From positions 11,966,001 through 12,030,000 of the forward strand of contig NW_027361749.1 in the NCBI RefSeq assembly GCF_039654945.1: a stretch of DNA of 64,000 nucleotides, given 5' to 3'. Origin of the DNA: Dendrobates tinctorius (Eukaryota). How positions within the stretch are numbered: the first letter of the stretch is position 1; every line of letters starts with the position of its first letter. The translations under genes and the position numbers were made by a program. The notes beneath the pieces are model-generated. The model did not search any database, had not been told where the DNA came from, and saw only the letters and a program-made list of their open reading frames with translations. Shown piece after piece: positions 1 through 12,978 of this stretch.

Positions 1-270
1 CCCAGTTATTAGCACCACCCCTCCCCGATATTACACACACACAGTGCTAAGTACCCCAGATATCCATTCCCCACCCCCCCGACCCCTGATATTGTACACA
101 CACACACAAACACAGGCTAAGTACCCCAGATATTACCACCAACCGCCACCCCACCAATATTACACACACACAAACAGAAGGCTAAGCACCACAGATATTA
201 CCACAAATCCTTCCCCCCGCCCCGATATAACAAACACAACCAGTAGGGTAAGCACCCCAGATATTGCCTT
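1..270. repeat. Degenerate tandem repeat, ~65-bp period
   Basis: The core CTAAG(T/C)ACCCCAGATATT recurs at ~48, ~117, ~182 and ~249, separated by C-rich and ACAC tracts. Confidence 0.7.
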
Positions 271-1266
271 CAAACACCCCCCGATATTTATTTTATGAGC
301 CGCAGCATGTCAATTTCTCTTGCGGAAACGCTAGAAATTTCAACAATAGAAATGTATTTGGATTCAGTAAATCCGCACGTTCAGTTCCTGAGCAAACGGC
401 TGACTCTGCCCCGGGGCCTGGTGATGAGTGGAGCCTGGACTGGTGATGGGGAGGGCCCGGACTGAGGACACATTCAGTTACTGAGCGAATGGCTGAATCC
501 CGCTACTGTAGCCCAGACTGGTGAGGAGAGGTGCCCGATATGGTGAGAAGGGCCCGGACTGGCGAGGAGAGGGGCCTGGTCGAGTGATGAGAGGGGCCCG
601 GACTGAGGACGCACGTTCAGTAAAAATAGGCGGCACACAGAACGGGATCAGGGAGTCAGCAGTAATTTGAACAATCTGTTCCCCCAAACTGGACGAATCC
701 CACCCCTGGTTATGTCCTTTCCTGACAGCCTATAACATCGTAGGCTGCAGCCAATAGAAAAGTGACACACAAACAATAATGCATCCAATTTTGTCATACA
801 TGACAAGCAGCATTGGCATGCATTGCCAATATACTGCAGCCAGACAAGAGGGGGGACAGTGCAGGAAATAGGGGTAAGTCAGGCCAGTGTCTTAGGCCGG
901 AGTCACACTGGCGAGGAATACGGGCGAGAGGCGCAAAAAGCAAGCATTAGACACGGACAAATGATTTTCTATGGGGTCACTCGCACCAGGCGTATATTTC
1001 TCATCCGTATCCTACGCTCCGTGCCAATCGCAGCATGCTGCGATTGTCAGCGTACTACGCCTGTAGTACGCCAATGCAAGTCAATGGGTGCGCAAAAAAT
1101 ACGGATTACACACGGAACACACGTGTGACCTGTGAGCAATACGCAGGTCTTTTGGCTGGTGAGAGGAAATGGGCCAATCCATCATCAGGAAGCCTAGACA
1201 TACAAATGAGCTCAAAAACCGCTCCAGACATCCAGGAAGTACGCCTCCACGGAGTACAGCAGCAGC

Positions 1267-3032
1267 ATGGCGTCCACATACATTAATGTTGAGATGCTAA
1301 TTGTGCTGGTGCAGGAGCGTCCCGAAATATGGGACCCACGCGATGCAAATTATGCGAACCGGACAAGAAAGGAGGTGTCATGGAGGCGCATCTGTCGCCA
1401 GATGTACCATGACTTTGGTGACAGACCACGTGATGAGCAGCATAAAATTCGTAAGTGCAACCATAAAAACATCATTAACCTTAGCGCGCGCTAAAAAATG
1501 ATTCTACAATCAGCACCCCCCTTCCTGTGCATGTACTTTTATTAGCCTCATGAGGCCGTTACATTTGGATATGACACGTAGCTTCACACAGCCATAATTA
1601 GGGGTTAGGCCACAAGCTCCTCATCCTCCTAGCAAATAAAATTAGTTTAAGTGTAGCTAATGAGACCCTGTGTATCGGCCCAATTACATATGCCACCATG
1701 GGTAGAACGCACACCCCAGAAGGCCCCCATGCCTAGACTACTGTTAGAAAATGTGACCTCTCAAATATGTGATTTTGACAATCTTTCCTGTCACATTGCA
1801 GTGGAAGATGTGATGAAACGCTGGCGAAGCATCCGGGACCAGTTCCGCCGGGAACGCCAGCAGCGGTCCAGGAGTGGGGATGCTGGACATGTGAAAAGAA
1901 AATACATATACTATGACCGGCTGAACTTCCTCGCCCCAATTCTGGATCTGAGACCGTAAGTACATACCTCACACCACATTACACAAATACATTACACAAA
2001 TACTTTACATGGACAAAAATATTGATGTATTTTTGCCTCTGTTCTATTTCAGAACAGAACTCAATCCAACCTTACGGATCGAGGAACGGCCTCAGAGGCA
2101 GAGCCCATTATAGATCCTGTAGGGGATGAGGTGGCTGGCCCATCTTCTCCCTCTACAAGAAGGATGGCTGAAGATGAGGCATCACAAGACCACACAATGG
2201 CTGGCCTACACACAACACCACCAGGACGGTCTGCTGCTGCCACCTCACCCATCCTGGAAGAGCCGGGCAACTTGAGCAGCAGCCCAACTGCCCAGATCAG
2301 GTCCTCCCCACAGGCTGCTCTAGCATCACGGCGAACAAGAAGAAGACGCCAGGTCACTATTCAAGAGAGCAGGACCAATGTGGACACAGGGGTGCTCAAT
2401 TATTTGTCCAGAGTCACTACAGATGATGGGAAGGAGGCCTATGCACGTAGCCTCACCCTTTATCTCCGTGCCCTTACCCGTGAGGTCAGGCTCCGTATTA
2501 GGGGATGTATTCAGATCCTGCTTGATGCAAGCACCCCCCCAAATACCCCATATGAGGTTTTTGAATTTCTGGAGAGGTGGCAGCTCTCACCACGAAATTT
2601 AATGCGCATGAGACCATCCACACAGATGCTTGCTCAAGCAGGGTCTGAACAGCCCCTAATACGTGGGCCAACACCTCAACCCCTTCCTCCCCCTACCCAA
2701 CCTTCTATTCCGCAGCCCCAAATGTCTTCCTCAAGCCAACCCCACCAATATGGCCACTTGTACCCACCCAGTGTTGGAGGCTGGTCCCAACCTGGTTGGG
2801 GACGATCTGGCTATCTTGGTGGGTATGAGCCACGGGCCTACCAGAGCCAACAAGAAGCCCCTCACCATCATCATTACTCTGGCCAGTATCCCAACATTTC
2901 CAGGAGGCTGGACAATTCCAGCATCATGGGCAACAGTATGGCCCCACACAGGGCGATGTTGGCCACAATGTCCAGCAACACCCACAGGCTGTTCTTCCAC
3001 GTTCCCCTTCCCCAACATATGAGGATTTATGA
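1267..3032 (+). pseudogene. Harbinger Myb/SANT (MADF) DNA-binding protein gene, 3 exons (1267-1450, 1802-1955, 2058-3032), probably frameshifted near 2895
   Basis: GT-AG introns with compatible phases join LIVLVQERPEIWD..W..I / LEDVMKRWRSIRDQFRR..YIYYDRLNFL..RP / TQSNL, a MADF domain. A BESS-like segment DDGKEAYARSL..IQILL follows. The Q/H/G-rich tail continues in another frame ending PSPTYEDL* (stop 3030-3032); the unshifted frame stops at 3078. Confidence 0.85.
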
Positions 3033-3928
3033 TTCTGATGGGTGGAGATGTCCAGTGAGATGTAACTGGTGCTCCTAATATAAATGAAAAAACAGGTGTT
3101 CTCCTTCACCAACATTTAGAACATAATTTAACATTCACATTTTTAAACTATGTTTTCCAAACATATGAAACAATCCATCATGACAGGCAACGCTACCTCA
3201 CGCCTTTCAGACAGATATTACATGTGTGTAGAAAAGAAAATATTTAAATGCGCTATACTGTAAAATGAAAGGATGAAAATACACTACTCACTTGCTAACG
3301 CCTAGGAAAGGCGTGCTCGCCTTAGTTAAGTAGTCACCTTTTTTGTTAGCAATCTCTAGTACAAAAATTCTAGCCGACCAGCATTCAGAATATCACGCTC
3401 TCTCTATGTCTTAACAAGTGAGTTTTGTATTTTCATCCTTTCCAGTATAGCATGCTTAAATATTGTCTGTTCTACAGACAGGTAATATCTGTGTGAAAGC
3501 TGTGAGGTAGCCTTGCCTGTCATGGTGAAATCTTTCTATGATTGGATAACATTATGAGGAAATGTGAGTGTCATCTTGTTGCCTTTATTTTGGTGATGGA
3601 GCTCACCTTTTGTTGGCAAATCTAGGTTAATCTAGTCATGCAGCAATGTTGTTATTGCCTAATGTTTGTTGCTGTTTTGTTATGTAATGTTAATTTTACA
3701 ACAAGTTAAAGAAGGCACAAAGGGTCATTTTGGCCATTGCCAAATTTGTCTTATGGCAATATTATGTTTGCCTTTAAGCAAAACAAAAAAAAAAAGGCAA
3801 AACTAAAAATTTGTCTACTCTAGTTAACGTCTCTGTGTGATTTTTCACAATCCCTCACAACATACTAACAGACACCAACCAATGCAATGAAACACTCATA
3901 GAATCATAAAGGCTTGAGTAATATATAT

Positions 3929-5455
3929 TTAGACACACTTAAAGAAACAAATTATAACACACATAGCATGCTCTTGCCAAGAAGTTGCCCCCTCAGGTGA
4001 GATAAAGTAATTAGTGAAAATATCACGCACTTTTAGGCCAGAAAGCGGTCTACGTTGAGGGTTCATAGGTGGTCTCACCCTGCGCACATTGTCCGGCCTA
4101 CGCACAACACCATCAGAGGAGGAACAATCATGTATCCTGGTGAAGTTATGCAGAACAACACAGGCTTTCACAACTTCATTCACATTTTGCTCACTCAACT
4201 GAATGGCAGACTGGAGTACCCGCCATTTGGCACAAAGAATCCCAAAGGAACACTCCACCAGTCGCCTAGCACGTGATAGGCGCAAGTTAAAAATTCTGCG
4301 CCTGTGGTCAAGGTTGCGCCGGGGATATGGCCTCATGACATTGCGCGATAACTGAAAGGCCTCATCTGCCACAAGGACATAAGGGACTGATTGTTCGGGG
4401 GAGCCTGGTAGCTGGCGTGGTGGTGGTAGATCCAACTGGTTGGTGCGTAGCCGCTGAGCCATTATGGAAGTATTGAAGACTCTAGAGTCTCCCGTCCTTC
4501 CATAGGCAACAATTATAAACTTGTATTGAGGGTCTACCAGAGCCAACAATACAACAGAAAAGTATTGTTTATAATTGAAGAATTGGGAGCCTGAGTTCGG
4601 CGACTTACGCACCCTGATATGTTTGCCATCCAGGGCCCCAATACAATTTGGAAACTGGCAGTCCTCCTCAAAGTCCCTTGATATCCTTAACCAGTCTTCC
4701 ATCCTGGTCTCGGGCATGACCACTTGATGGAGTCTTGTCCAGATTTGTGCACATGTAGACCTCACTATGCCTGAAATGGTTGACTTTCCAATGAGAAACT
4801 CATGGTGGAGGGCGGCATAAGACAGGCCAGTGGACAGGAAGCTGTAGAACAACAGAAATAGTAAAGTTTAGAATGGCTAAAGTAAAAAAAAAAATCAGTT
4901 ACATGCCGACCAAACTTGTTAGGAAATGAGAGAGAAGAACACACACATATTTGGTGGCACAATGACTAAGTGATATGCAGGACATATTAGATGTAACATT
5001 CTGCTGTGTCAGGTGAAACATATTTGGAGTAAGATGAGGGCATTAAACTTTGTCCAAGAAGGCCAAAAAACATAATTTAGAACACTCATTTGGAACATAG
5101 AGAATGTGGTTGTGTAGTACATACCGTATTGTGAGTAGAAGTACTCTGCAGATATGGCTTTGCGCATCCTTGTGTCCTGAAAGGTTATCCCAGGGCGCAC
5201 TGTCTCCAAGAGTCGATCAAATGTGGAAATGCTCATGCGACAGTACTGGTAAAATTTATCCGGATGCTCCCGCAGAGAAGAATAGAGACGGTGAAAATGA
5301 CCTCTTGTGAGTCGTTGCCTCAAAAGTGGATGGACCCACATGCGTCTCCTCCTCCGCGGATCCACTATCACAGGATATGGTTGCCCAAAGCGCCGTGACA
5401 AAAGCCAGGTAAAGAGAACCTGCTCAGTTGTATTGAATCGCAGACCCTCTGCCAT
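3929..5455 (-). pseudogene. Harbinger DDE transposase (HARBI1-like), 2 exons (5455-5125, 4841-3929), frameshifted
   Basis: Motifs WVHP, F.QYCRMS..TFD.L, FLSTG.SY, FPNCIGALDGKH, ADEAF and RARRLVECSFGIL..KWR. Exon 1 is 331 nt, which is out of phase with exon 2 (shift just before LLLTIR|F). The usual DIG tripeptide before AYG appears to be deleted. Confidence 0.9.
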
Positions 5456-6434
5456 GCTGCACAAAGAACACCAACACACCTCGTGAAAGCAAGGTGACAA
5501 ATGTACAGAATGTAGGCATCCACCTGTTTCTGAGTGTCTAAATAGGGTGCAGGCTAATGATTTAAATTGTTTGCAGGCCTCAAAACTGTTAAATGTCCAT
5601 TTTGCAAGGCTGCGAGAAAATCTCGCCATACGGATTGCATACGGATGCCACACGGATTACATACGGATGCACACATGCGCAAAATACGCGACCTCACCTT
5701 GCTTACGGATGACCTACGGAGCACTATTTAGTGGTCATTCATCCGTATTACGCAAGTAAACTACGGACCATATTTTGCGCAGGTTAGTGTGACTCCGGCC
5801 TTATAGTCATCCCCCCTCACCTCTCTCTCTAGTGTCTCATTTTTCTTGTCTTCTGCCTCTGTCTTTACCGTCTCCTGCTTCTGTCTCTCTCTTGTCACTG
5901 TCTTCTCCCATCTTTTCTTTCTTTCCTGAATCTGCAGGGTTGTCTGTGGCTCCACCCATTCCGTTTAGCCCCGCCCCTCCATGTTGTTCCACACTCCACA
6001 GCCTGATAGCTGTTACGCTGCTGGAGGGGAGAGATCGGCTGCCCGACTCCTGGCTCCGCAGCTGACTTGCAGGCTAGGATGAGTGATATAGCCTGTGTCA
6101 GGACTGCTCCTGCCCAGCCTGCACTGCCACTCAGAGTGCTACAGCTCAGGGGGTGGCACAGAGCTCCTGCTGCAGGAAGATTGTGCTGCCCCCTGAAAGA
6201 CCATGGGAGCGCAGATGCCGACATTAGAACAGGACAAGAGCACTTTTTCTTGCCGATTCTGCAACTGATTCTGCAGAAGCGACTGAATTCCACCCCTGAT
6301 CAAAAATAAAGTGTATTTTAAATTGCCCGGTGAGCAAAAGAAGAGGAGCACCGTGTCTCAGCCAGTCCGGGCCCCTCCTCTTCAGCGGGCCCTTACACAA
6401 GTAAGGCTAGTAATTCCCTGATGGTGGCCCTGGC

Positions 6435-9400
6435 TAAGCACTAGGTAGGCGCCTCTGGCTTGGGTGGTGCCCCGGGCGATCGCACCCCCTGTCCCCCCCC
6501 TAAAAACGGCCTTGTACTGTCTTTTTCACCTTCACAGGCGTGGTCTTCATTGGTAGGTGCTGAGAAAGGGCAAGGGAGTGGAGTGCTGTTTGGCAATTCC
6601 TTTACCAGCAGACTATTGTTGCATGGCCGGAAGAGAGATGGACGTCCATTTTCTAGTGTGCAGGTAAGCATACTGTTGACTGAGGCCGGCTTGTGTGCTC
6701 CTCCTAGACAGACGTCTCCTATGATGACCCATCCAAGGTCGAGCTTCTGTGCATACGGAGCGTTCCCGGAGCCGTTTATACATTTTCTAGTCTTGGACTC
6801 GTAGTATATCTCTTCCCAGGAGTAGAGCTATTGGGGTTCCTGGATCCATCTCAGGTATCAGGTGGGCTATACGGTTTAGATGGGGGTGATGTGTCGCACC
6901 TCCCGTGAAGGTATCTCTGACCTGTTGTCAGGAATCTGGTTGCACTCCAGGATGGTTGGTAATGATAGGCCGGTTTGGCCATCTATGGACTCCACTTTGT
7001 ATCCGGTTGCTTTTCTCCCCGCCGTCTCAACGGTACCTGAACACGTCCTCAGGGTGTAGGGAGAACCAGGGCCTAGAATGCTGAAGTTGTCAAAGGAGAT
7101 GGACCTGGCTAAAGACCTGTTATTTTGGTCATCCGGGATTGCATAAATCTTGAAGGCTTTGTCCTTGCGGCCTGCAGGATAGACTCGGACAAGGCAGATT
7201 TTTGAACAGGACCTTCCTCCTGTGAGTCCCTTACAGATCTCCGTACATTGAGAGCTGACCACAGGGGTGTCTTCGTCAGTGTCCTGCTTCCCATCTTGCT
7301 CTCCTCTGCTTGCGACAACGCTCGTGGAGGTGATCCAGGGTGCAAGGCTGTATTGTGATCCGTGCTGGTGCATTCTGCACATTTCACGCTAGCTTCACAG
7401 TTCCTGGCGAAGTGAGAGGTTGTGGCACAACATTTGAAGCAAATGTTGTTCTCCTTGAGGAAAACTTTGCGATCCTCTAAAGACTTCTCCCTGAAGGCTC
7501 TGCATTTCCGTAGATGATGTGGTTTCTTGTGTAGAGGACAATTTTTACTGACATCCTGGGGCTTGCTCTCATCTTGAGGGGTTTCATTCACCTTGTGAGG
7601 AGGGTCTGTGGAAACAATGTTAGTTTTGTGGACTGCCACGGGTGTCTTACCGGGTTTGACACCAGGGGCAGTGGAACATGACAGAGTAAAGTCAAAACTA
7701 GGGTCATTTCTGATCCTAGATTGTTTGGTAACAAAATCAACAAATACAGTGAAAGGAGGGAATGATACATTATGATTTTGTTTATACTGCGAACCACATG
7801 TAATTCACTTTTCTTGTAGGTTGTAAGGAAGTTTCTGTACTATCGGATTGACACCCTTAGCGGTGTAATGCCAATCCGGGCAAGTCTCCTTCCTCCTGGG
7901 CAACCTGTAACTCATTCAATAAATCACTCGGTTCTCTAAGCTTTAGATAACCTTTAGGTCCGATCTTAGGAAAATCATCAATTCTTTTATATAAAGCATT
8001 CTCTATGACTTCTACTGTCCCATAGCATTCAAGTCTTTCCCACAGTTTACGTAGACCTGTGCGGGGATGCTTTACATTAATGTCTCAGTCTTTTGGCATG
8101 CTCGACCAACTCACTTCCGAGCCACTTTACTAGGAGATCTAACTCCTCACTACAAGAAAGGTCCAGACCATGAAGGTATTTTACATAATCTGGTGAAAAC
8201 ACCGAATGTGCACATGCTGCGGATTCTGCTGCTGATACGCAGTGGTTTTGGCTCTGCGGATCTGCAGCAGAATTAGCTGCGTTCTACAGTACCATTATAA
8301 TCTATGGAAAATGGAAACCGCAGTGCAGACGGTGCGGAATTTTCCACGCGGTTTTTGCTGCGCTTTCCAATCCGCACAAAGAATTGACATGTTATTCTTT
8401 TCTGCAGATTACACAGCGGTTTGCCATCTCCTCCATTGTAGAGATAGTAAACCGCAGGCTAATCCCCAGATAAACAGCAGGTCTTTTGACCAGCGGATTT
8501 TGCAAAATCCGCACGGAAAAATCCGCAGCGTGTGCACATACCCTATGGGTCTGGGATGACTGGTTCAAGGCAGATCTCTAGCCACTTCTTCCTGCCTCAA
8601 TCTCCATGGCTGACAGAACTCCCCATATGTTCATATTAGAGGAAACCTGTCAGTAAAATGTAAGCAGGAAGGGAAGAAGTTGCCGGACAGATGTCTTGGA
8701 TCAACCATGCAAGACATAATAGGGTACAATTGATTGAATTCAGATGTAAAACATCTTAAGTCGCAATTTTTTTTTGCAGAAGTCAGAAGATGTCCAAAAT
8801 ATCACAACCATGAATGGCGTTCCGGAACGAGGCTCGCCATGACCGATAGTTCTCAGGTTTGTCAGTGAACTTTACAAGGCCTTTTGTAACCAGTTCTTGG
8901 CGGGCAAAGAACTTTGCAAAGTCCATTGTGACTCCGTCAGTGCTGGCACAAGCCGGTGTGTTATAGTCATGTCTAGTGTGTGGTGTATCACCACACCTGT
9001 AAGGCACTTCTGACTCTGGATAGTCTGTGCGGTACCTTCTTGGTGATGAAGGTGTCTTTTTAAGGTGGGATTGGAGCTGTACCTTCTTCTCAGTGGAACG
9101 GTAGCTGTGGTCGACATCACTGTGCTGGACATCTCCTCACCTACGGTAGTGAAACTCGGGGTTGGATCGCTGGTAATCGGCATGGGCTGATCGATATGAT
9201 GCTTCAGGGCTGTCATCCACGCCGGAATGTTGACGGACGTACTCTATGATGAGCTGGATCTTGCTGCTCTAGATCTGGTCCGAGAATGCTGCTACGTCTC
9301 TCATAATCAGGATATTTCATAGCTTCCAAATACCCAGCCTTAGCTATTGCGGCTTCTCTCTCTTTGTCTGCTGAAAGTCTTTCTAGCTCTGCCTGCAGGC

Positions 9401-9925
9401 GTGCAGTTTCCGCCTCTCTCTCTGCCTGCTAACGTGCAGTTTCAGTACCTCTCTCTGCCTGCAAACGTGCGGTTTTGGCTTGCAGTTTCCGCCTCTCTCT
9501 CTGCCTGCAAACGTGTGGTTTCGGCTTGCAGCTTCCGTATCTTGATCTGCTTGTCTCAGCTTTATATGCATCTCTCATTCCGCGGAGGATCTTGCTTTGG
9601 CCGCTTCTGCCTCGGCGCGACATATGAGTATATTGGAGGGAAACTGAGTCTAAGTGGCGGGCTTCACCGTGGCAGGAAAGATGTATCACTTCTTGGCGGG
9701 CTGCAGTAGCGTTCTGCGGCTGTGATATCCATATGCGGAGCAGTGTGGGTGTTAGCGGTTCCGTACAGTCTATGCAATCACCGCGTGCGACCGGCGGTCC
9801 TATACTGAGCCCTGGGCTCTTATTCCCTGCGGCTGCTGTAATACCCATATGCGGAGCAGTTTGGGTGGTAGCGGTGCCCTATAGCCTGTGTAACCACCGC
9901 CTGCAACCGGTGGTTCCGTTTTTAC
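6435..9925 (-). mobile_element. BEL/Pao LTR retrotransposon, internal 5' half (gag-protease), degraded
   Basis: Frameshifted fragments: GLVKFTDKPENYRSWRASFRNAI..LDLSCSEELDLLVKWLG (gag); a triple Cys/His knuckle CPLHKKPH..C / CFKCC..HFARNC / CAEC..HNTALH; and a protease region SCSKICLV..YAIPDDQNNRSL. Truncated before RT. Confidence 0.88.
8175..8806. mobile_element. 632-bp insertion in BEL gag with an 8-bp duplication, containing a Harbinger-type MITE (~8210-8543)
   Basis: ACCATGAA at 8167-8174 and 8807-8814. The gag reading RNAIHG|LDLS is restored when the insert is removed. Confidence 0.75.
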
Positions 9926-10581
9926 TGTTCTGCCTTCTTCCACGTATGACGCTGTGTGGATTCCAGCATGCGGCTTAACCTTTCATCCACTCCCAGAAAC
10001 AAGACTGTATGGGTGCTTAAGTCTATTATTTATTGGGATGATATGGACAACAATGAGAGATAACAGATGGTATAGTAGAGCACAGTAGTAGATGAGATCA
10101 GGGGTTGTTGTACAAAGTTGTAGATGATATCAGAGATTGTTGAACACAGTTATGGATGATTCAGAAATTTTTGTACACAATGTGGATGATTCAGGTAAAA
10201 ACTATGAGACAGATAATGCAGTATGTCAGTACTGGTAGATAATATACAATACACAAATACTGGCAGGTAATCACAGCAACTGGCTGCTAACACAAATGCA
10301 TATCACATAATTGCATTAATCTTACCGGAATCCGCTTGTATAAGCAGTGGTTTTGCAGACAGCTGAGCTGAGCACATGTGAGCTACTCAGAAGACCTGCT
10401 CAAAATGATTACATGTTGTTGACCAGGGAAGGAAGAAGGGTGGTTCTGAACAGATAACTATTTAGGAAAACAGAAGATTCCAAACATATGAATAAGAAAG
10501 AGAAGGGGTAACTTATGACACCTACTGGCGATAGCTGGAACAGCACTTAAAAATATCTTGCTGCACAGAATGGGCAGAACA
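9926..10581 (-). mobile_element. 5' LTR of the BEL/Pao element
   Basis: Termini TGTTCTGCC..GGCAGAACA (TG..CA, 9-bp inverted repeat). AATAAA on the minus strand at ~10028-10033. Directly abuts the internal region. Confidence 0.8.
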
Positions 10582-11132
10582 GTGAGTAAAGCAATTGTTT
10601 GGGATGCTGTACACTAGGAACAGCTCTTTTGAGTCTGGACTTTCATGTACAGTTAGTGGCCAGCCAACCTAGAATTTGTATAATTTATGTTTTTGCTTTT
10701 GCTGAATTATATACGGAGCTAATAAAACCATTTGTATCCAGTTGCATCAAATGTTCTTGTGGATTTTGAAGTGCGCTAAAATTGAGCTCCTGTTTCTACA
10801 TAGATCTTAGAAGGATTCAGCTAATCCGTTTTTAATCACGTGATGTCATAGACCTAATGGAAAACAAGAATTATCTGGGTAGAAAGGCACAAAAAGCAAT
10901 TGTAAGTACACAGTGCTGAATAATATGACTGCAATATATTAAAAGGATAAAAATTTTGATGGGATGAGTGCTTAAGAGTAGTGTTGTGAATATCAGTTTT
11001 GGAGGGATCCTGACAGCTCATAGGGAATCAGTATCAGACATTGGCTATATAATGTCAGCGCTATATGAATAATTCTGACTCCGTGCCGGTGTTTCAGAAA
11101 AAAACAGTTTTATAGCCACTGTGCGTGTATAA

Positions 11133-11328
11133 GGCCAGGATCACACATGGGAGAAACTCGGACGAGTCTCGCATTTTAATACCCGGCACTGCTGCCGGCA
11201 CTGGGTAGCAGAGCTTGCGGCTGCATGTATTTCTACGCAGCCGCAAGCTCCGATCCCGAGTGCCGGCGGCAGTGCCGGGTATTAAGATGTAAGACTTGTC
11301 CGAGTTTCTCGCATGTGTGACCCTGGCC
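11133..11328. mobile_element. Harbinger/Tourist-type MITE (near-perfect hairpin)
   Basis: TIRs GGCCAGGATCACACATG / CATGTGTGACCCTGGCC with a TAA TSD; the whole element is palindromic. Confidence 0.9.
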
Positions 11329-12061
11329 TAAGGAGAAACCCGTCACTCAAAGGCAGCTGGTGGGGAGAAGTCACTGGGGACCCACCTGTCAGACTAGTCT
11401 CTTGTGCGGTTCGGGTTGTGCCAGTAGATCGAGCAGTGTACATCAGCTGACAGATTCACTTTAATGAATCAAGTCGCTGATGCAAAACGTGCCTAATTCA
11501 ATAAGAAAAGTATCTTACAAGTGCTGTGTTGCTCTGCTGGAAATGTACTCCAGTGAATGAGTGGAGTACATTTCTGGCATAGTTTAATACGCTAAAATGG
11601 CATAACTTGTCCCAAAAAATGCATGCGCACGCAATGCGCACAAAATTCACCCAAACACCCATTATAGTCTATGGGTGCGCTGATGTGAGCATGGTAATGC
11701 GCACGTCAGCGCAAAAAAATGCATGCCTTTTTTTAAAAAAAAAATGCGCAAAACCGCAAAAAAAGCACTCAAACGCATGATGCATTTTTAAGTGCGTCTG
11801 CACTGCGCACGGTGCGCAGCGCAAAAAAACGCAAGTGTGAAATACCTTCAAAAATTGCTGTTTTGCAACATTTGGAATTTTGACACCATTTTTTTCTCCA
11901 GCTACACCAAAATGTGTGGAGGCGGGGAAAAGTTAAGGTGGAAAGTGGCCATGGCGCCCAATATATTTATTAAAAAGTTGAGCCACAAATGCTAATCCAG
12001 TCTGGATGAAAGTAAGATTTCTAGGAAGGAGGACAGTACTGAGATGTGCCAAATTCATTAA

Positions 12062-12494
12062 AGAAGCACTCCCACAAAATATTTTGTGTTGTAAATGTGT
12101 GTGTTCCTGTGGTGCATTGTGTAGTAATATACTCACCTATCGCCACTGTCTCCGGTATCCAGCGACGTTTTGCTACGCTGCTCACTGACGTCACTGTAAT
12201 TGTGACTAGCTGGCTCCTTCTATGCGCTATGCAGGAGCCGGGAGTCAAATTTACAATGAAAGCCTATGGAGACTCGTTCTGATGCTACATAGGCTTTCAT
12301 TGTAAAAGTGTTCCACGTCACGCAGAGCATAGCGTGACTCCAGCCAATCTGCAGAGCACAGACAATAAGCAACAGAAAAGAATGGCACTGCACAACAGAG
12401 ACATCGGCGATAGACAAGTATCTTACTACACTCACCCAACACTACATGCACGTACAAAAGATTTAATACATAAAAACGTTGTGGGAGTGCATCT
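12062..12494. mobile_element. T2/Kolobok-type MITE
   Basis: TTAA TSD; termini AGAAGCACTCCCACAA / TTGTGGGAGTGCATCT; internal imperfect palindrome. Confidence 0.8.
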
Positions 12495-12978
12495 TTAAAG
12501 AGCAAGCGCCTCTTAATGGATAAGGCACAGCACATACCTGCACAACTATTATTAATACTGGCATATGAAATGTTAATTTTAACCTGCAGATATGGGGCTA
12601 ATCTCCAGGTCAATAGAAATCTCAACCTGCCCGATGCCTGCACTTAGACCTCCGCTGCTGGGAGGAAATGAACTTTATTCCTCCTGCTAGTGTTCCGATG
12701 TCGTCCATGGTTGTCACCGCTGTGTGTATAGAGAGCGTCAGCTGTAACCGCGCCCCTGGCACTGACTGACAGCAGCTCATGATTTGGTTCAGTTGTCAGT
12801 AATTGCTGGAGGATCAATTACAGCCACCACTCACTATACCTAGAGCGGCTGACAGAACCTGCGCCGGTGCTGACCATGTGACAAACAGGAACACTGCTGG
12901 GATGAGTAAAGATAATTTCCTCCTGGCAGTGGGGCAGGTTCAGAACGACGCTACAAACCAGCAGATTAACTCCATATT

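Larger units (their letters stand above)
895..5800. mobile_element. PIF/Harbinger DNA transposon, full-length two-gene structure
   Basis: 15-bp TIRs GGCCGGAGTCACACT (895) and AGTGTGACTCCGGCC (ends 5800). TTA target-site duplication at 892-894 and 5801-5803. Encloses convergent MADF-type and DDE nuclease genes. Confidence 0.95.

Noticed and set aside
1267-5455. Domesticated HARBI1/NAIF1-like host genes
   Set aside because: Both genes lie between intact TIRs with a TSD and both carry apparent frameshifts, so this is a transposon copy.
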